Below are positions 41,501-50,217 of a stretch of DNA of 64,000 nucleotides, one piece after another. Every line of letters begins with the position of its first letter. Position 1 is the first letter of the stretch. The stretch is taken from positions 19,697 through 83,696 of IMG/VR virus record IMGVR_UViG_3300046777_001387; one strand, written 5' to 3'. A program made the translations under genes and the position numbers. The notes under the pieces were generated by a model. It saw nothing but the letters and a program-made list of their open reading frames with translations. It was not told the DNA's origin and did no database searches. The stretch comes from a virus.

Positions 41501-42471
41501 CTACTGACATAACTGCAGCCAGAACTTCTACGGCAGGCGCATATTATTTTGGTACTGGTGGATCAAAGTATCTATTTTTCGACGGAAGCAGCTACTTGTT
41601 TGGCGATACTGGAGTTTCTATCACTTCAACAACTCTTAATGCTACAGCGATCGCAGCTTCTTCTTTAACATTAACAACAGCATTGAGTGTTGCTAATGGT
41701 GGAACTGCATCCACCACTAGAAAAGCTGCCTCGTCTAGCATAGCCAACTTTGGACAGCTAGAAAATCACGGTACATATACTGATTTTAATTCAGTGCAGC
41801 AATGGGGCGGCACATATGTACAAGGTAGCACTAACGGACCGGGAATTCCTAGTGCAGGACAGTATTACCAGTGCATGTATTCAATCGGAGCGGACTATGA
41901 TTGGGCAGGGGGTAATGCTTATGCTATGCAAATGGCTATTCCAAGAACTCCAGTTGGTGGTGCGCCATATCTGTCTGTAAGATTTAAAGAGGGTGGTGGT
42001 GCTACTTCTGGGTGGGGAAGCTGGTCGAAGATTCATGCAGGATATGCTGACACAGCGGGTTCTGTTGCCACTAGCAGTAATGTGCAGATGAGTTCTCTTG
42101 GAGTCAATACGGCTGCGTCAGGAACTGCTGGAGAAATACGCGCCACCAATAACATCACTGCGTACTATTCTGATATGCGCCTCAAAAAGTATTTGGGTGC
42201 TATTGAAAACCCATTAGAAAAATTGATGTCGCTTAAGGGTTTCTATTATACAGGTAATGAAGAGGCAGGGAAGCTAGGTTACAATACAGAGACTCCAGAG
42301 GTTGGTGTTTCTGCTCAGGATGTTCTGGAAGTGCTTCCTGAGATCGTAAAGCCTGCTCCTATTGACGATAAATACTATACTCTAGATTATTCCAGACTAG
42401 TTCCTTTATTGATTGAAGCTATCAAGGAACAGCAGAATCAAATAAACGAGCTAAAAGCCCGTTTGCACTGA
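38593..42471 (+). CDS. Long tail fibre with C-terminal peptidase S74 chaperone
   Basis: 'MADFPANPT...W.FDG..W' N-terminus, seven ~43-aa repeats, six 'ER.R..S.GN.GIG'-type repeats, and 'YYSDMRLK...VGVSAQDV..VLPE.V...Y.RLVPLLIEAIKE'. Confidence 0.9.
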   Translation: MADFPANPTLGIIFKTTDNTQWYFDGYSWKAGTFAPNQALIHFATSANSGSTVNANSLNFINTQYILANVQPGLTGNANISFALQYPVIANNELIVTANGINFVNNNSVFVNVGTGINGNANVQFGITIPTAVNSGTVVIANSFNYTNTNTVNVTVSSGIAGNANIAFESYMVASANGGSGVKTNSINFVNSPSVIVNVSPDPAGNANVGFSSFFPTSANSGSTVTSNGINFVNTSSVQVNVQSGLTGNANISLESFFPTSANSGSTITSNGINFINTRSVQVNVQSGLTGNANISFQSFFPVSANTGSTVTANGINFTNTESILVAVQTGQTGNANISFSVATTRAINADATLGGTNYYVVGVAATGVNSVPNANTGFYFNGNTATILGSLGVGVTPTQKLEVNLTSGGTNMFLASTTQTPSIGGGGQGLRFGWNTTSAGPTIRLLHGGSYSDAGLLFSTWTSAAEVERMRLDTAGNLGIGASPSYPLDVVKNGVQVGSTTAYLITRFSDATPNKGIHLGYDSGSQTGIVLSASSAASSNLAFWNFDSVSTGWAERARITSTGRLGIGTTNPAYRLQVSDSSSNFVSVISGTSATAGLLLGDTDSATVGRVEYENLNNAMTMFTNGSERIRITSGGNVGVGVSPSVRLHVLTGNSGEGEVRVENSSAVHSSGINFWTGTQRGFVGWRGTSSTSPFNVSGMYLINFDNSSLILGTNNLERMRIDSNGNVGIGSTPSASYRLQITSSGTVNGILVTTGTGGYPQVTGTDGTVTQFGVYAANGIGYAGTQSNHPYVLLTNNTERIRVDTSGNMGVGISPAAKLDVLGVIRSTSPDSGTVLDATALNGGTSYIDSFRSTGSALVFRTNSSGSGVSERVRIDSSGNVGIGLSPSTNLDVRSVIRSTSPDSGTLLSVQATNGGATYIDAFRTAGATLYLRVTNGSGTLLERFTVTQNGITVTGGVGVTQGIYANATDITAARTSTAGAYYFGTGGSKYLFFDGSSYLFGDTGVSITSTTLNATAIAASSLTLTTALSVANGGTASTTRKAASSSIANFGQLENHGTYTDFNSVQQWGGTYVQGSTNGPGIPSAGQYYQCMYSIGADYDWAGGNAYAMQMAIPRTPVGGAPYLSVRFKEGGGATSGWGSWSKIHAGYADTAGSVATSSNVQMSSLGVNTAASGTAGEIRATNNITAYYSDMRLKKYLGAIENPLEKLMSLKGFYYTGNEEAGKLGYNTETPEVGVSAQDVLEVLPEIVKPAPIDDKYYTLDYSRLVPLLIEAIKEQQNQINELKARLH
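38720..39618 (+). repeat. Seven degenerate ~129-nt (43-aa) tandem repeats
   Basis: Consensus 'SANSGSTVTxNGINFxNTxSVxVNVQxGxTGNANISF'; units starting at 39232, 39361 and 39490 are exactly 129 nt apart. Confidence 0.9.
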
Positions 42472-42479
42472 TATAAATA
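42472..42479 (+). promoter_or_regulatory. T4-type late promoter
   Basis: Exact TATAAATA, intergenic, upstream of ORF 42510. Confidence 0.85.
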
Positions 42480-42509
42480 TAACCGTTGTAATTACTATAG
42501 GAGACTATT

Positions 42510-42698
42510 ATGTCGAATGAACAGTTGGATGCTATCTCGCAGCCGGTAGAGCAGACTGCTAAGATTGATTTGAGTATCGCTGAGTTGAATGTTGTGCTTG
42601 CGGCGCTTCAGGAACTTCCTCACAGAATCGCCGATCCAGTGATTAAGAAGGTTGTTGCTCAGGCACAGTCTCAGTTGGGTCAGCCCCAGCAAGGATAA
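42510..42698 (+). CDS. Small hypothetical fibre-associated protein
   Basis: TATAAATA and AGGAG upstream; 'LSIAELNVVLAALQELP...VIKKV..QAQ.Q'. Confidence 0.8.
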   Translation: MSNEQLDAISQPVEQTAKIDLSIAELNVVLAALQELPHRIADPVIKKVVAQAQSQLGQPQQG

Positions 42699-42707
42699 AA
42701 TCTACAA

Positions 42708-43310
42708 ATGTCTTGGGATGGTCGTATATCTCAAGTATCAATCAGCGAAGTAAACAGTGCTGTTGGGTATTCCTCAACAGCACAAACTTCTTTGAATGAT
42801 ACTAGATTCAGGAACCTAGCAAACAAAACAGGTTCTGGTACAACAATTCCTATGGCAGACCTCAGATTCGGTCTGCAATTACCTCTTGTTGAATTCACGT
42901 CAAGCAATACTGCCATTCTTGAAGTAGAAGATGCTTCTGCAGTAGCAGGGTACTCTTTCGCGAGTATCTCTATCCAGTTAAATTCTAACGGAACCGGTTC
43001 TTATAATTACACTTATATTAATAACAGCCCCAGTAGTGCAAGTCAATCTTTTACTTGGTTGACTGTCGGATCGGCTAGTGATTATGAGTGTCAAATGACA
43101 GTGCACTCTGGTTCTTTATCCTCTAGCTCTGGTACTGGAACTTCATTATCTTTATCTAGCACTAGATTTTGGACTTTGAGCGCAGAAGCAAGTGGAGGCG
43201 GTGGTGTCAGCCAAGTTAACACCTTTGAGGGTACCCTAGTTATTACCAGAAGCGGCGTGGTTGGTCCGTTTAGAAGATATTCTCTTTCTGCTGGCGCTGC
43301 TTCATTCTAA
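42708..43310 (+). CDS. Putative fibre-tip adhesin/accessory protein, paralog of 19576..20193
   Basis: N-terminal 'VSISEVNSAVG...TSLND..FRNLA...IPMADLR'; its C-terminal domain aligns by eye with the 19576 ORF. Confidence 0.65.
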   Translation: MSWDGRISQVSISEVNSAVGYSSTAQTSLNDTRFRNLANKTGSGTTIPMADLRFGLQLPLVEFTSSNTAILEVEDASAVAGYSFASISIQLNSNGTGSYNYTYINNSPSSASQSFTWLTVGSASDYECQMTVHSGSLSSSSGTGTSLSLSSTRFWTLSAEASGGGGVSQVNTFEGTLVITRSGVVGPFRRYSLSAGAASF

Positions 43311-43311
43311 A

Positions 43312-43319
43312 CCTAAATA
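43312..43319 (+). promoter_or_regulatory. Late promoter variant (CCTAAATA) upstream of gp13
   Basis: Intergenic; the same variant occurs upstream of gp18. Confidence 0.65.
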
Positions 43320-43347
43320 GAGTAAATTGGGCTTCGAGCACTAACAA

Positions 43348-44112
43348 ATGGCACAACCTGCGTCAAAACAAGAACTCAAAGATTACTGCCTTCGTCGTCT
43401 GGGATTCCCAGTCGTCGACATTAACGTTGACGAAGATCAGGTCGACGATAGAATCGATGATGCGCTGCAGAAGTATGCGCTGTTCCATTTTGATGGAACC
43501 TCGAAAGAGTATCTGAGATACCAGCTTACCCAGCAGGACTACAATAACAAGTACCTGACTCTGCCAGACGCTATTGTTGGCGTTAACCGTGTGTTCCCGA
43601 TCTCCAGCGACACAGTTAACTCCGGCTCTGGATCGAACTTCAATATCTTCGACCTAAACTATCAGCTTCGCCTAAACGAGTTGTATGAGTTCACCTCGTC
43701 CTCGTACACTTACTACTGGATCGCCAGAAGCCATATCCGTATGCTGGAGATGATTCTGATTGGAGAGAACCCAGTTCGCTTCAACAAGAAGATGAACCGC
43801 CTGTACGTTGATATGAACTGGGCGAACGAAGAAGTCAAGATCGGTAATTATATCATTATCGAGTGCTCGGCTGTTCTCGATCCAAACACCTACACAAAGG
43901 TGTATAACGATAACTGGCTCAAAGAATACAGTACCCAGCTTATCAAGAAGCAATGGGGCGAGAACCTCAAGAAGTATGGTAATTACTCGCTCCCCGGCGG
44001 TATGATTATCAACGGTCAGCAGATCTATGATGAAGCTGTCGCTGATATTATTCGTCTTGAGGAACAGATCCGCGATATCTACGAAGAACCACCAACCTTC
44101 GAAGTAGGCTAA
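43348..44112 (+). CDS. gp13: Neck protein gp13
   Basis: 'ELKDYCLRRLGFPVVDINVDEDQ', 'WLKEY...LIKKQWG.NL.KY....LPGG...NGQ'. Confidence 0.96.
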   Translation: MAQPASKQELKDYCLRRLGFPVVDINVDEDQVDDRIDDALQKYALFHFDGTSKEYLRYQLTQQDYNNKYLTLPDAIVGVNRVFPISSDTVNSGSGSNFNIFDLNYQLRLNELYEFTSSSYTYYWIARSHIRMLEMILIGENPVRFNKKMNRLYVDMNWANEEVKIGNYIIIECSAVLDPNTYTKVYNDNWLKEYSTQLIKKQWGENLKKYGNYSLPGGMIINGQQIYDEAVADIIRLEEQIRDIYEEPPTFEVG

Positions 44113-44116
44113 CTAG

Positions 44117-44995
44117 ATGGCAACCTCGGTATATTTTAATAACCAAGGCGCTTCCAGAGAGCAGATTCTTCTGGAAGATATGGTCATCGAATCGATCCGT
44201 AACCACGGAATTGATATCTACTATATGCCGAGAACTTCCCAAAGCGTACTCGATACGCTGTTTGGCGATGATCCTGTCAAGTATTATGACTCAGCCTATA
44301 AGGTTGACATGTACCTCGAAACTTTTAACGACTTCGGCGGTCAGCAGGAATTCTTCTCAAAATTTGGTCTGCAAATTGAGAAGACTGCTCGTGTCGCGAT
44401 TGCCAGAAGAACCTTCGAGCGATTTGTCCCCAGCGCAGTCCGCACTCTACCAAAAGAAGGTGACCTAGTTTATTTGCCAACGCAAAGAAAGCTGATGGAA
44501 ATTCGTTTCGTAGAGCGCGATAGAAACTTCTTCCAGCTAGGAAAGTTCCAGCCATACATGTATGTGCTTTCGATGGAAACGTTCAAGTATAACGGCGAGT
44601 TTATTAATACTGGCATCGATGATATCGACTATATTGGAGACGAATCGGCTGTGTCGATTAACTATCAGTTACAGTCAAGCAACTCCTCGCTATCGTTTAT
44701 TCGTGGCGAGGTTGCATATCAGGGCGCTAACCTAGGAGCCTCGACAGCAAAGGGTATTGTTGTCAACCACGATCGTCCAAATAATGTATTGCGCCTGAGA
44801 AATATCAAGGGCAGTTTTGCAGTCAACACTGCGATCAAGGGCAGTGATTCTACTGCTCAGTTTAATCTGGTTTCATACGATGAAATGTACGATGCCACTA
44901 TTCCGAACGGTGAGGTTGGTGATAACGTTATCATCCAACAGGAAGCCGACGATATCCTCGACTTTAGTGAAAGCAATCCTTTCGGTGAGCCATAA
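44117..44995 (+). CDS. gp14: Neck/head-completion protein gp14
   Basis: 'EQ.LLED...ESI...G.D.YY.PR', 'FFSKFGLQI', 'PKEGDLVY' and terminal 'ILDFSESNPFG'. Confidence 0.95.
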   Translation: MATSVYFNNQGASREQILLEDMVIESIRNHGIDIYYMPRTSQSVLDTLFGDDPVKYYDSAYKVDMYLETFNDFGGQQEFFSKFGLQIEKTARVAIARRTFERFVPSAVRTLPKEGDLVYLPTQRKLMEIRFVERDRNFFQLGKFQPYMYVLSMETFKYNGEFINTGIDDIDYIGDESAVSINYQLQSSNSSLSFIRGEVAYQGANLGASTAKGIVVNHDRPNNVLRLRNIKGSFAVNTAIKGSDSTAQFNLVSYDEMYDATIPNGEVGDNVIIQQEADDILDFSESNPFGEP

Positions 44996-45753
44996 TGCTA
45001 TCCGGTCAGCACTATTATCATAGAGTGGTCCGTAAGCTGGTGGTTGCTTTCGGAACAATGTTCAATAACATGACGCTTGTTCGTTACAATCAGGCTAATT
45101 CGCAAGAAGTCGAACGTATTAATGTTCCTTTGATGTACGCGTCGAAGGAAAAGTTCTATATGAAGATCTCGAAGGATCCAGATCTGGTTAATCCGATGCA
45201 GTTGACTCTGCCGAGAATGGCGTTTGAGATGAACGGCATCACCTATGATCCGTTGCGCAAGACTTCTTTGTTTAATGACGTGTTTGAGCAAAGCCCAACA
45301 GCCGATCGCCTGAAGCGAATTCGTATGACTCCATATAACTTCGACTTCAACCTGTACGCTTTCGTCAGAAACACAGAAGACGGCATGCAGATTGTAGAGC
45401 AGATCCTACCGTATTTTAATCCAGACTACACCGTAACTATCGACTTCCTTTCGCTGAATAACTTTAAGCTGGATGTGCCTATCGTGTTCAACGGAATCAC
45501 CTATGATGATTCTCACGAAGGTGATCCTGAAGCCACTCGCTCTATTGTTTGGACATTGAACTTCACAATGAAAGCCTATCTGTTCGGTCAGATTGCTGAC
45601 GTTAAGCCTATTCGCAAGGTTACTGCCAACGTATACAACGACTTGGTTTCGCCAGCTTCGCAAATGGTCAATATCACCGTGCAACCAAATCCTCTTTCAG
45701 CTAACTCTGATGACGACTTTGGCTTCACCACTAACATCACTGAGTTTGTATGA
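44995..45753 (+). CDS. gp15: Tail terminator/sheath stabilizer gp15
   Basis: 'YYH...RK.VVAFGT.FN', 'VPL.YA.KEKF', 'LPRM' and 'QIVEQILPYFNP'. Confidence 0.95.
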   Translation: MLSGQHYYHRVVRKLVVAFGTMFNNMTLVRYNQANSQEVERINVPLMYASKEKFYMKISKDPDLVNPMQLTLPRMAFEMNGITYDPLRKTSLFNDVFEQSPTADRLKRIRMTPYNFDFNLYAFVRNTEDGMQIVEQILPYFNPDYTVTIDFLSLNNFKLDVPIVFNGITYDDSHEGDPEATRSIVWTLNFTMKAYLFGQIADVKPIRKVTANVYNDLVSPASQMVNITVQPNPLSANSDDDFGFTTNITEFV

Positions 45754-46169
45754 ACGAAGTAGATAAAAACCTTACATCTATTCTAGAAACTGAGTTCATC
45801 CCGCACGACGAACAACCAAAGCAGCTGCCCGCGGCGACACAGGTCCCCTCTGGTTCGGAAGTTCAGGAAGACTTCGACTACTCTAGAAAGAATTATCAGG
45901 AACTGCTAGAAAAGGGCAGCTTGGCACTAGACGGTATTCTAGAAGTCGCCAAAGAATCCCAGCACCCTAGAGCCTATGAAGTCGCCGCTACTATGATGAA
46001 GAATCTAGCGGATATGACTGATAAGCTAATGCAGCTACAGAAACAAAGAAAAGAACTAGAAGGCGGCAAGGATTCTACTATTGCTCCGACTAGCGTCAAC
46101 GTTGAAAAGGCAGTGTTCGTAGGATCTACTGCTGACTTGCTAAAGAAAATACAGAATGGAAATAATTGA
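45750..46169 (+). CDS. gp16: Terminase small subunit gp16
   Basis: 'DFDYSRKN...AKESQHPRAYEV...VFVGSTADL'. Confidence 0.93.
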   Translation: MNEVDKNLTSILETEFIPHDEQPKQLPAATQVPSGSEVQEDFDYSRKNYQELLEKGSLALDGILEVAKESQHPRAYEVAATMMKNLADMTDKLMQLQKQRKELEGGKDSTIAPTSVNVEKAVFVGSTADLLKKIQNGNN

Positions 46170-47787
46170 AAAGATAAAGAATTATTTGGGGAATCCTCAC
46201 CTAAAACGTATCGGGGTTGCCCAAAAACTTAATGAAAACCAAGTAACTGAGTTTGTTAAGTGTGCCCAAGACCCAGTCCATTTCATTCAGCACTACGTCA
46301 AGATCATCACGCTGGATAAGGGTTTCGTCAATATCCACCTGTATCCTTTCCAGAAAGAAGCTATTGAAAAGATCAATGGCAACCGGCGCGTCATTGTAAA
46401 GGCTGGTCGTCAGGTCGGAAAGACCACCATGGTTGTTGGGTATATCCTTTGGTACATTCTTTTCAATCAAGACAAGACCGTGGCGATTCTAGCCAACAAG
46501 GCTGCAACGGCACGTGAAATTCTATCCAGAATCAAAACCGCATATGAGGCTCTACCTCTATGGTTACAGCAAGGTGTGCGCACATGGAACAAAGGTGATA
46601 TTGAGCTAGAAAATAACTGCAGAGTCATGGCGACTTCTACTGCTTCTAGCGCCATCCGTGGTTTCTCTATCTCGCTTCTGTACCTTGACGAGTTTGCATT
46701 CGTTCCAAGCAATATCGCCGATGAGTTCTTTACTTCGGTCTACCCAACGATTTCTTCTGGTACTAGTTCGAAGATTCTAATTTCTTCCACGCCGAACGGC
46801 ATGAACCACTACTACAGAATGTGGACTGAAGCCACGGAGGGTAGGAATGGCTTCGAGACTATTGAGGCTAACTGGCGACAGGTTCCCGGTAGAACCGAAG
46901 AATGGGCACTTGAGCAGCGAAAGGTTCTGGGTGAGGAAAAATACTTCCAAGAAATGGAGTGTGAGTTCCACGGATCCGTTGGCACTCTAATCTCTGGAGC
47001 TATCCTAAAGACGCTAACCTTCCGCAACGCCACGATCAAGAGTGGTATTGTTGGTTTATCAGTTCACGAAGAACCTATAGAGAAACACAACTATGTTGTA
47101 GTTTGTGACACCTCTAGAGGCAAGGGTCTGGACTATTCAGCGTTCGTAGTTATTGACGTCACCAGCCTACCATACCGTACAGTTTGCACCTATAAAGATA
47201 ACGACATCTCCCCTATCGTATATCCGTCTATCATCCACAAGATGGGCAAGTATTATAACGAAGCCCACGTGCTCGTCGAAATTAACGATAACGGGCAACA
47301 GGTGGTCGATAGTCTGTTCGACGACTTCGAGTACGAGAATATTCTCTCCACGACTGCCGACGCAAGAAAGGGTGTGGTATTGACTTGGGCGACTGGAAAT
47401 AAGCGAGGCGACCGAGGCATTCGCACCACGAAGTCTGTCAAGAGGTTGGGTTGCAGTCTGCTAAAGAATCTGATTGAATCGAAGAAATTATTAGTGGAAG
47501 ACTACAATATTATCACTGAACTCTCCACTTTTATAAATAAGCGTAACAGTTATGAAGCAGATGACGGTTCCCACGACGACTTGGTTATGTGTTTGGTTTT
47601 GTTCTCGTGGATGACGAACCAACCGTTTTTCGCAGACCTCTGTAACGTGAACATTAAAGAAAAGTTGTATCGCGATCAGATGTCTCAGATAGAGGATGAT
47701 ATGTTACCACCGCCACTTTCTGGTGCAGACTTTGATGATGAAAGGTTGATTGAAGATGGTGCAGTTTGGGATGTCGTTAGAAATTAG
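46156..47787 (+). CDS. gp17: Terminase large subunit gp17
   Basis: Walker A 'GRQVGKTT', Walker B 'LLYLDEFAF', 'ISSTPNG' and nuclease motifs 'DTSRG.GLDYS' and 'HDDLVM'. Confidence 0.98.
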   Translation: MEIIEKIKNYLGNPHLKRIGVAQKLNENQVTEFVKCAQDPVHFIQHYVKIITLDKGFVNIHLYPFQKEAIEKINGNRRVIVKAGRQVGKTTMVVGYILWYILFNQDKTVAILANKAATAREILSRIKTAYEALPLWLQQGVRTWNKGDIELENNCRVMATSTASSAIRGFSISLLYLDEFAFVPSNIADEFFTSVYPTISSGTSSKILISSTPNGMNHYYRMWTEATEGRNGFETIEANWRQVPGRTEEWALEQRKVLGEEKYFQEMECEFHGSVGTLISGAILKTLTFRNATIKSGIVGLSVHEEPIEKHNYVVVCDTSRGKGLDYSAFVVIDVTSLPYRTVCTYKDNDISPIVYPSIIHKMGKYYNEAHVLVEINDNGQQVVDSLFDDFEYENILSTTADARKGVVLTWATGNKRGDRGIRTTKSVKRLGCSLLKNLIESKKLLVEDYNIITELSTFINKRNSYEADDGSHDDLVMCLVLFSWMTNQPFFADLCNVNIKEKLYRDQMSQIEDDMLPPPLSGADFDDERLIEDGAVWDVVRN

Positions 47788-47792
47788 TAAAA

Positions 47793-47800
47793 CCTAAATA
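47793..47800 (+). promoter_or_regulatory. Late promoter variant (CCTAAATA) upstream of gp18
   Basis: Intergenic; an exact TATAAATA also occurs at 47532-47539 inside gp17. Confidence 0.7.
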
Positions 47801-47841
47801 GAATAGTATTTTTCAATTCCTTATTATAGGGGAGTATACAA

Positions 47842-49572
47842 ATGGCATTTCAAGTATCACCAGGAGTGAACACTTCGGAAATTGACCTGACAACAGTTAT
47901 CCCAGCCATCAGCACTTCAACGGGCGCTGTTGCTGGAGAGTTTGTTTGGGGTCCGGTTGAGCAAATCCGTCAAATCTCAAACGAAACCCAGCTGGTTTCG
48001 GTTTATGGCAAGCCAAACAATGGCGCAGCGAGCACGTTCTTCACTGCTGCTAACTTCTTGGCTTATGGCAACGATCTTCGCGTTGTTCGTGCTGCTAACT
48101 CGGCAACCTACACTGCGTTCGCTAACCTGAAGTCGCAGCTGCAGGCTTCGATGAGCCCACAGCAGATCAAGAACGAAGACGATTACCAGATCAACTTCCC
48201 TACCGGTAAGGCAAACACTGCTTTCGGTGCAAGATATCCTGGCGATCTAGGTAACAGTCTGGCTGTTTCTGTCTGGGCAAATACCACTGCCCCATTCACG
48301 AACTGGGCATACAGTGCCTATTTCGACAAGGCACCCGGAACTTCGAACTTCGTTGCTACCAACTTCAGACCAAATGCAAACGATGAGTTGCACATTGTCG
48401 TTATCGACGAGGATGGCGCAATCACTGGTACTGCAAACACGGTTCTAGAAGTTTACTCGAATCTGTCCAAGGCAACCAATGCCAAGGACGAGACCGGTCA
48501 GAGCATCTATTATAAGGACGTTCTGTTCCGCAATTCGAAGTACATCTATTGGACTGGTCACCCAGAAGACGTTGCCGGCGTAACCACCAACTGGGGCGTT
48601 GCTGCTAATGCTTCGCACACCTTCTCGCAGCTAGGTTCGGCTACTGCCAATACGGACTTCTCGTTCCGTAACGGTGCAGACGCTGCTGTGAATAGTGGTG
48701 ACATTATCCGTGCGTATGACCTGCTGAAGAACAGCGAGAACGTTGACGTTCAGCTAGTTATGGCTGCTGGTCACAACGAAACTGTAACTTTAGACATTGT
48801 TAACAACCTTGCTGGTGCTCGTAAGGATTGCGTCGCGTTTGTTTCGCCTTCGTTGGCAAACGTTCAGTCGACCGATGCAACCACTGCAATCATCAACTAC
48901 CGTAAGAATGCTCTGGCGAATGTTTCGTCGTCGTATGCTGTAATGGACAGCGGCTGGAAGTACCAGTACGACAAGTACAACGACGTTTATCGCTGGGTGC
49001 CTCTGAACGGTGACATTGCTGGTCTGTGCGCCCGCACTGACACTGATCGCGACCCATGGTTCTCGCCAGCTGGTCTGATCCGTGGTCAGATTAAGAATGT
49101 CATCAAGCTACCTTACAACCCATCTAAGGCAAATCGCGACGAACTGTACAAGAACGACGTGAACCCAGTTGTAAGCTTCCCCGGCGACGGCACTCTGTTG
49201 TTCGGCGACAAGACCCTACTAGGTCGTCCGTCAGCCTTCGACAGAATCAATGTTCGTCGTCTGTTCATTGTTCTAGAGAAGTCGATCGCACGTGCTGCTC
49301 GTTCAAGCCTATTCGAGTTCAACGATGAGTTCACCAGAGCTCAGTTCGTTAACCTCGTTGAGCCATTCTTGAGAACTGTCCAAGGTCGTCGTGGCATTTA
49401 TGATTATCGTGTTGTTTGCGACGAAACCAACAACACCCCAGAAATCGTTGACCGCAATGAGTTCGTAGGCGACATCTATGTTAAGCCAGCTAAGAGCATC
49501 AACTTTATCCAGTTGAACTTCGTTGCTGTCCGCACCGGTGTGTCGTTCGAAGAAATTGTAGGCAAGTTCTAA
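47842..49572 (+). CDS. gp18: Tail sheath protein gp18
   Basis: 'SPGV...EIDLT', 'F.WGP', 'PWFSPAG..RG' and 'SAFDRINVRRLF'. Confidence 0.98.
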   Translation: MAFQVSPGVNTSEIDLTTVIPAISTSTGAVAGEFVWGPVEQIRQISNETQLVSVYGKPNNGAASTFFTAANFLAYGNDLRVVRAANSATYTAFANLKSQLQASMSPQQIKNEDDYQINFPTGKANTAFGARYPGDLGNSLAVSVWANTTAPFTNWAYSAYFDKAPGTSNFVATNFRPNANDELHIVVIDEDGAITGTANTVLEVYSNLSKATNAKDETGQSIYYKDVLFRNSKYIYWTGHPEDVAGVTTNWGVAANASHTFSQLGSATANTDFSFRNGADAAVNSGDIIRAYDLLKNSENVDVQLVMAAGHNETVTLDIVNNLAGARKDCVAFVSPSLANVQSTDATTAIINYRKNALANVSSSYAVMDSGWKYQYDKYNDVYRWVPLNGDIAGLCARTDTDRDPWFSPAGLIRGQIKNVIKLPYNPSKANRDELYKNDVNPVVSFPGDGTLLFGDKTLLGRPSAFDRINVRRLFIVLEKSIARAARSSLFEFNDEFTRAQFVNLVEPFLRTVQGRRGIYDYRVVCDETNNTPEIVDRNEFVGDIYVKPAKSINFIQLNFVAVRTGVSFEEIVGKF

Positions 49573-49578
49573 TAAATA
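49571..49578 (+). promoter_or_regulatory. Late promoter (AATAAATA) upstream of gp19
   Basis: Overlaps the gp18 stop codon; AGGAG RBS downstream. Confidence 0.65.
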
Positions 49579-49602
49579 GAATAAGTTCATAGGAGTATTC
49601 AA

Positions 49603-50175
49603 ATGGCATTTAACGTAGACCAATTTAGAACAGCCCTGCGATATGACGGCGCTCGTCCTAATCTGTTCGAGGTCGTTCTCAATTTCCCTAACTACGTTGA
49701 GCTTGGATCGCTAGCTGGCTCGCAGTCTCGCTTTATGTGCAAGACTGCCCAGCTTCCAGGATCGACAATGGGCGTTGTTGAAGTTCCTTACTTCGGTCGC
49801 CAGATTAAGGTTGCTGGAAACAGAACCTTTGCTGAGTGGTCGGTAACGATCATCAATGACGAGGACTTCGCGATCCGCAATGCTTTCGAGAGATGGCATC
49901 GTGGTATCAATGAGAACGTCGCGAACCTGCGTGATCGTGCGGCACTAAGCACTACTGCTCCGGGCGCGTCCTATGCAGTAGACGCTCGTATCTACCAGTA
50001 CGGAAAGACTGGTGGATCGCCTCTCAAGTCGTACAGACTTGTCGGCATGTTCCCATCGGACATCTCGGCAATCGACCTTGATTGGGGTTCGAACGATACA
50101 ATTGAAGAGTACACAGTGACCCTGTCGTACCAGTACTGGACGACACTTGATACTGCCGTATCGAGACCCGCCTAA
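49603..50175 (+). CDS. gp19: Tail tube protein gp19
   Basis: 'GARPNLFEV', 'FMCKTAQLPG', 'AGNRTF.EW.VT..NDEDF' and 'IEEYTVT..YQYW'. Confidence 0.97.
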   Translation: MAFNVDQFRTALRYDGARPNLFEVVLNFPNYVELGSLAGSQSRFMCKTAQLPGSTMGVVEVPYFGRQIKVAGNRTFAEWSVTIINDEDFAIRNAFERWHRGINENVANLRDRAALSTTAPGASYAVDARIYQYGKTGGSPLKSYRLVGMFPSDISAIDLDWGSNDTIEEYTVTLSYQYWTTLDTAVSRPA

Positions 50176-50190
50176 GTATAAGTGATATGT

Positions 50191-50217
50191 GGAGGGGAGA
50201 TTTTCTCCCCTCCTTTT
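50191..50217 (+). terminator. Rho-independent terminator after gp19
   Basis: GGAGGGGAGA-TTT-TCTCCCCTCC stem-loop followed by TTTT. Confidence 0.85.

Noticed and set aside
17077-43310. Diversity-generating retroelement or invertase shufflon acting on the fibre genes
   Set aside because: No reverse transcriptase or recombinase is in the window. All cassettes are on one strand, and paralogous segments differ at all bases rather than only at adenines.
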